A stretch of DNA of 39,157 bases from Lachnospiraceae bacterium. Lineage in GTDB: Bacteria > Bacillota > Clostridia > Lachnospirales > Lachnospiraceae. Shown here piece by piece: positions 34,834 through 39,157 of this stretch (position 1 is the first letter of the stretch; every line of letters starts with the position of its first letter). The stretch lies in assembly GCA_021200345.1 (NCBI GenBank), contig JAJQGR010000100.1, forward strand, positions 1 through 39,157. Direction: 5' to 3'. A program made the position numbers and the translations under genes. The notes under the pieces were generated by a model. That model ran no database searches and was not told the DNA's origin. It worked only from the letters and a program-made list of their open reading frames with translations.

Positions 34834-36405
34834 ATGGCAAAATATTTGACAAAGCGAATTTTATACAGCATTTTCTGTGTCATTGCGGTGGTGGCCATTG
34901 TAATGATCATGATTTATTCCCTGCTGGACCGCAACAAGGTCTTCGCTAATGATTCTCAGTATTCCAAGCTGTCCAATAATCAGCGTACCATCTATTGCTA
35001 TCAGCAGTGGGAGTCATACGGCTATTTGGACTATGTACCTTATACGGACTGGCTCAACGCCATGGCGGCCGCCGGTGAGATTGATGAGGAGACCCGTTCC
35101 GCGGCGGCTTCCATCGGAAGAACAGCGGAGAATGATTCCGAGACCGTGGCGGCATATGTGGCGGAGTTTACGGAATACTATGAGTCCCAGGGCTATACGG
35201 TTGTCAGGCTGGACGCGGTGGTAGCGGGCAAGAAGTTAGCCTCCGGCGGCTCCCAGACCCTGTTCGCCACCAAGGACATTCCCCTGGCGTCCCGGATTCT
35301 CAGTTACTTTACGGGACTGTTTGAGTTTGACAATATCCATAAGGTGACGGATGATGTGGGAGAGAGAGGGCTTACCTTTACTCTTTACGATCCTGTTTAC
35401 GGCGGGGAAAAGTTTTCTCCCGCGATTATCGGAAACGGGACCAATCACAAATATCTGCTGTATTTTGATAATGTGTTCCCCTATATCCATCAGAATTTCA
35501 TGAACCTCAATCTGGGAATTTCCTATTCGGTCAACAGCGGCATTGATGTGTGGCAGACCATGACCCAGAAGCAGGGCTCTTTTGCCATGCGGACGGTGAT
35601 TTATGAGACCGGACTGACAGAGTCCAGCGCGGATAATCTGCACACGGCCACCTATGTCTCCAATTCCCGCACGGCCACGGTGGTAAATGAGGCCCGCTAC
35701 GTGGACAATTATACCAATGTTTCCACATACAGCGCGGGATTATCCAAAGTGGGATACTCTTTCTGTATCGGAATTGTGGCCACCATCCTGGCCTATGTTC
35801 TGGGCCTGCCGCTGGGTGTACTGATGGCAAGATATAAGGACGGGCTGTTGGATAAGATTGGTACCGTATACATCATCTTTATCATTGCGGTGCCGTCTCT
35901 GGCGTATATTTTCCTGTTTAAGGCCATCGGCGGTTCTGTGTTCCACCTGCCTACCACCTTTAATATGGAGAGCACCAGCAAGCTGTATTACGTCCTGCCG
36001 ATTATCTCTCTGGCGTTACCCTCTGTGGGCAGTCTGATGAAGTGGATGCGCCGGTATATGATCGACCAGATGAACGCGGATTATGTCAAGTTTGCCCGTT
36101 CCGGCGGTTTAAGTGAGACTGAGATTTTCAGCAAGCATATTATGAAGAACGCTGCCATCCCCATTATACATGGTATTCCGGGAAGTGTGCTGGGAGCGCT
36201 GACAGGCGCCATCATCACAGAGCGAGTGTATGTGGTTCCCGGTGCCGGCAACCTGCTCACCACGGCAATCAACGCTTACGACAATGGCGTGATCGTTGGC
36301 GTGACTCTGTTTTACGCCGTGCTGACAGTGACCTCTATCATTCTGGGCGATCTGCTGATGTCCATGGTTGACCCCAGAATTTCATTTACGACGAAAGCCA
36401 GGTAG
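34834..36405 (+). CDS. Opp/Dpp-type ABC permease (OppB-like) with a ~260-aa extracytoplasmic insertion after TM1
   Basis: N-terminal KRILYSIFCVIAVVAIVMI TM1. The C-terminal half has the BPD-transporter core and EAA-like loop (YVKFARSGGLSETEIFSKHIMKNA). 523 aa, versus ~310 for canonical OppB. Confidence 0.85.
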   Translation: MAKYLTKRILYSIFCVIAVVAIVMIMIYSLLDRNKVFANDSQYSKLSNNQRTIYCYQQWESYGYLDYVPYTDWLNAMAAAGEIDEETRSAAASIGRTAENDSETVAAYVAEFTEYYESQGYTVVRLDAVVAGKKLASGGSQTLFATKDIPLASRILSYFTGLFEFDNIHKVTDDVGERGLTFTLYDPVYGGEKFSPAIIGNGTNHKYLLYFDNVFPYIHQNFMNLNLGISYSVNSGIDVWQTMTQKQGSFAMRTVIYETGLTESSADNLHTATYVSNSRTATVVNEARYVDNYTNVSTYSAGLSKVGYSFCIGIVATILAYVLGLPLGVLMARYKDGLLDKIGTVYIIFIIAVPSLAYIFLFKAIGGSVFHLPTTFNMESTSKLYYVLPIISLALPSVGSLMKWMRRYMIDQMNADYVKFARSGGLSETEIFSKHIMKNAAIPIIHGIPGSVLGALTGAIITERVYVVPGAGNLLTTAINAYDNGVIVGVTLFYAVLTVTSIILGDLLMSMVDPRISFTTKAR

Positions 36406-36411
36406 AAGCGG

Positions 36412-37386
36412 ATGAATAACAATGAATTGTCTGAAAAATATGATATGCCCATGGAAGAGCTGTTTTCCAGGGTAGACCATAATGAACTGGAATCTGAGAA
36501 GATCACAGCGCCCAGATATTCCTACTGGCGCTCTGTGTTCCGTGTATTCTTTAAGAAAAAAGTAAACATTTTCGCTCTTTGCTGTCTGGGCGTTATCATC
36601 CTGATGACTTATCTGTATCCGGTATTTTTTGAGTATGATAAGTACGGGAACGTGCTGGACGCGGCAACGAAGCATTTAAGACCTATGGCGGCCATGAAGC
36701 TTCTGGGCTACAATATTCACTGGATTTTGGGAACCGGTGCCTCCGGCAACTCCACATTTGACGCGATCTGGTACGGCGCAAAGATTTCCGTTTCTCTCGC
36801 TTTTGTCTGCGCGCTGATCAACCTGACCATTGGTGTGATAGTGGGAGCCGTCTGGGGCTTTTCCAAAAAAGTGGATGCGGTCATGATGAATGTGTACAAC
36901 ATCATCGCCAACATTCCCTATGTGCTGTTGATTTCCGTGCTGGTAATGCTGTTTACCGCCAGCTTCTGGACCATGGTATTTGCCCTGACGGTGACAGGCT
37001 GGATCAGTATCGCTTACTTTATCCGAACCCAGGTGATTATCATCAGGGACAGGGAGTATAATCTGGCCAGCAGATGTCTTGGTACCTCTACGCCAAAGAT
37101 TGCTATGAAGAACATCCTGCCCTTTATGACCTCCGTGATCGTGACTCTGGCTGCTACGGAGATTCCGTCTTATATTTCCTATGAAGTGTTCCTGGCCTAT
37201 ATCGGCATGGGACTGACGGATATGTCTCTTGGACGTCTGATTTATGAGGCTGAGAGCGCCATGGTTACTCCGGGCTGGGAGTTTGAATTCTGGAGCCCTG
37301 TGGCCGTATCTGCGATTATCTCCATCGTGCTCTATGTGGTGGGACAGAACCTGGGTGACGCGTCCGATCCCAGAACGCATATGTGA
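36412..37386 (+). CDS. Opp/Dpp-type ABC permease (OppC-like)
   Basis: OppC N-terminal pattern (YWRSVFRVFFKKKVNIFAL) and EAA-like loop (EYNLASRCLGTSTPKIAMKNILP). Confidence 0.88.
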   Translation: MNNNELSEKYDMPMEELFSRVDHNELESEKITAPRYSYWRSVFRVFFKKKVNIFALCCLGVIILMTYLYPVFFEYDKYGNVLDAATKHLRPMAAMKLLGYNIHWILGTGASGNSTFDAIWYGAKISVSLAFVCALINLTIGVIVGAVWGFSKKVDAVMMNVYNIIANIPYVLLISVLVMLFTASFWTMVFALTVTGWISIAYFIRTQVIIIRDREYNLASRCLGTSTPKIAMKNILPFMTSVIVTLAATEIPSYISYEVFLAYIGMGLTDMSLGRLIYEAESAMVTPGWEFEFWSPVAVSAIISIVLYVVGQNLGDASDPRTHM

Positions 37387-37397
37387 GGGGGCATCCA

Positions 37398-39146
37398 ATG
37401 GAAGAGAAGAAAGTATTATTATCGGTAAAAGACCTGCATGTGAAGTTTCATGTGCGCGGCCGTATTCTGACGGCCATCCGCGGCATCTCTCTGGATATCT
37501 ATGAGGATGAGTCCATAGCCATCGTGGGAGAGTCCGGTTCCGGCAAATCCGTGTTCACCAAGACCTTTGCGGGTATGAACGACAGCAACGGTTTTATTGA
37601 CGAGGGACAGATTATATTCAGTGATCCTGAGCTGGCTGACACGAAAGTGGCGCTGGATGACAACGCGAAAAAAATGATTGCTTCCGCTCAGGAAAAGCTG
37701 AACGAGGCTTCCAGACTGGAGCTGGGCGCTGCCATCTACCAGGAAATCCTTGCCCTGGAGTCTGAGAAAAGACAGAGGAGCAGCTTAAGCGACGAGGAAC
37801 GTGCGAAGCTGGACAGCCGGATCAATGATATCACCTTTAAGAGGACCAATCTGTTCAATGAAAAGCAGACCTATGATCCTAAGAATGAAAAGGACAAAAT
37901 TAAGGCTGCAAAAGAGCGTCTGAAGGCTTACGATAACGAGATTAAGCAGCTGGAAAAGGAAAAGCAGGATAAGATCAGGGCGCACAAACAGGCGGTGAAA
38001 GCGGATACCGCTTACGCGGCGGAATATGACAAAAAGATGTCTGCTCTGAAAGCCAGATATGAGAAAGAAATCAAGGGCGCGATTTCTCAGGAGACGAAAG
38101 AGCGCAACGAGATTCTGGCCAAAGAAATGTATCTTTCTGTAGGGCGCTACGGTGCTGTACAGAGAAGCAAAATGATGAGAAAGCTGGGCGACGCCCTGAA
38201 GGACGCCATGAAGCTGGGCGTTGATTTAAACGACATGGATCAGCGCAATAAGGTGTTTTCCAATGTGAACTTCCGGGTGGCTTATCTGGATGAGACCGCC
38301 ACAGAGCTGCACGGTAACTGCATTCTGGATCTGGCGAAGGTCAAATATGCTCAGGACTGGGCAAAGGTCCGGGGCAGGAAAATCGCTACGGTATTCCAGG
38401 ATCCCATGACCAGCTTAAACCCGATTATTACCATAGGTAAGCAGATCACATCCATTATTATGAAGCATCAGGATGTGTCTGAGGCGGAAGCCAGGAAGAG
38501 AGCGCTGGAGCTGATGACCAAGGTGGGAATTCCCAATGCGGACGCCCGCTTCGACGATTATCCGTTCCAGTATTCCGGCGGTATGAGACAGCGTATTGTT
38601 ATCGCTATCGCCCTGTCCTGCCAGCCCAAGATTCTGATTTGTGACGAGCCTACCACGGCGCTGGATGTGACCATTCAGGCGCAGATCTTAAAGCTGATCA
38701 AGGATTTGCAGAAGGAGTTCCACTATACCATCGTGTTTATTACCCATGACCTGGGCGTGGTGGCCAACATCGCGGATCGCGTAGCTGTGCTGTACGCCGG
38801 GCAGATCGTGGAGCTGGGAACGGTGGAGGAAGTCTTCTATGATCCCCGTCATCCTTATACCTGGGCGCTTTTGTCCTCCCTGCCTCAGCTGGCGCAGCGC
38901 AACACGGAGCTTTACTCCATCACGGGTACGCCGCCGTCTCTGTACAATGCCATTCAGGGCGACGCCTTTGCACCGAGAAATCCGTACTGCCTGAAAATCG
39001 ACACCCTGGAGGAGCCTCCCATGTTTCAGGTGACAGATACCCATTATGCCAAGACCTGGCTGTTGGATGAGCATGCGCCAAAGATCGAGAAACCCGAGGG
39101 CATTCAGGATATTCACACGAAACTGATGAAAGCATTTAATATTTAG
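37398..39146 (+). CDS. Opp/Dpp-type ABC ATP-binding protein (OppD-like) with a ~245-aa K/E-rich helical insertion between Walker A and the Q-loop
   Basis: Walker [10 protein letters not shown]-loop [13 protein letters not shown], signature [15 protein letters not shown], Walker [13 protein letters not shown], and a C-terminal oligopeptide-ATPase extension. 582 aa, versus ~330 typical. ATG at 37398 follows GAGGGGG. Confidence 0.88.
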   Translation: MEEKKVLLSVKDLHVKFHVRGRILTAIRGISLDIYEDESIAIVGESGSGKSVFTKTFAGMNDSNGFIDEGQIIFSDPELADTKVALDDNAKKMIASAQEKLNEASRLELGAAIYQEILALESEKRQRSSLSDEERAKLDSRINDITFKRTNLFNEKQTYDPKNEKDKIKAAKERLKAYDNEIKQLEKEKQDKIRAHKQAVKADTAYAAEYDKKMSALKARYEKEIKGAISQETKERNEILAKEMYLSVGRYGAVQRSKMMRKLGDALKDAMKLGVDLNDMDQRNKVFSNVNFRVAYLDETATELHGNCILDLAKVKYAQDWAKVRGRKIATVFQDPMTSLNPIITIGKQITSIIMKHQDVSEAEARKRALELMTKVGIPNADARFDDYPFQYSGGMRQRIVIAIALSCQPKILICDEPTTALDVTIQAQILKLIKDLQKEFHYTIVFITHDLGVVANIADRVAVLYAGQIVELGTVEEVFYDPRHPYTWALLSSLPQLAQRNTELYSITGTPPSLYNAIQGDAFAPRNPYCLKIDTLEEPPMFQVTDTHYAKTWLLDEHAPKIEKPEGIQDIHTKLMKAFNI

Positions 39147-39157
39147 GGGGATGCGGA

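Overview
This 39.2-kb segment looks like the core chromosome of a Gram-positive anaerobe. Lipoprotein signals, Shine-Dalgarno sites, a Csp-like spore protease and the gene synteny point to Clostridia, probably Lachnospiraceae-like; the taxon is an inference. I support 34 CDS and one tRNA, and all of them are on the + strand. Many neighbouring genes have 1-4 nt stop/start overlaps. Gene order: purA (3' end) | small cupin-rho | rpmE | DUF1385-prmC-prfA | GNAT-GH13-M18 aminopeptidase | Csp-like S8 protease | degV-serine acetyltransferase | ahpC plus a domain-permuted AhpF-like reductase | TPR lipoprotein-Mbeg1/DUF2974 hydrolase | kduI | kduD-DhuI-like isomerase-eda::VOC fusion | transglutaminase-like surface protein-tldD-pmbA | XRE/cupin regulator-potABCD | tRNA-Leu(CAG) | an Opp-type ABC importer with unusually enlarged components (the window ends after the first ATPase). 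I saw no integrase, transposase, CRISPR array, toxin-antitoxin pair or recognisable defence genes, so I cannot claim a clearly novel multi-gene system. The best second-look candidates are: (1) the circularly permuted AhpF-like reductase beside ahpC; (2) the membrane-anchored Cys-His-Asp surface protein abutting tldD/pmbA; (3) the Opp system, with a ~245-aa coiled-coil insert in the ATPase and a ~260-aa loop in one permease; (4) the hexuronate cluster, which has two non-homologous isomerases, no kdgK and an Eda-VOC fusion; (5) tandem-repeat low-complexity modules inside rho and the DUF1385 gene. The long antisense ORFs in the track are codon-usage artefacts.
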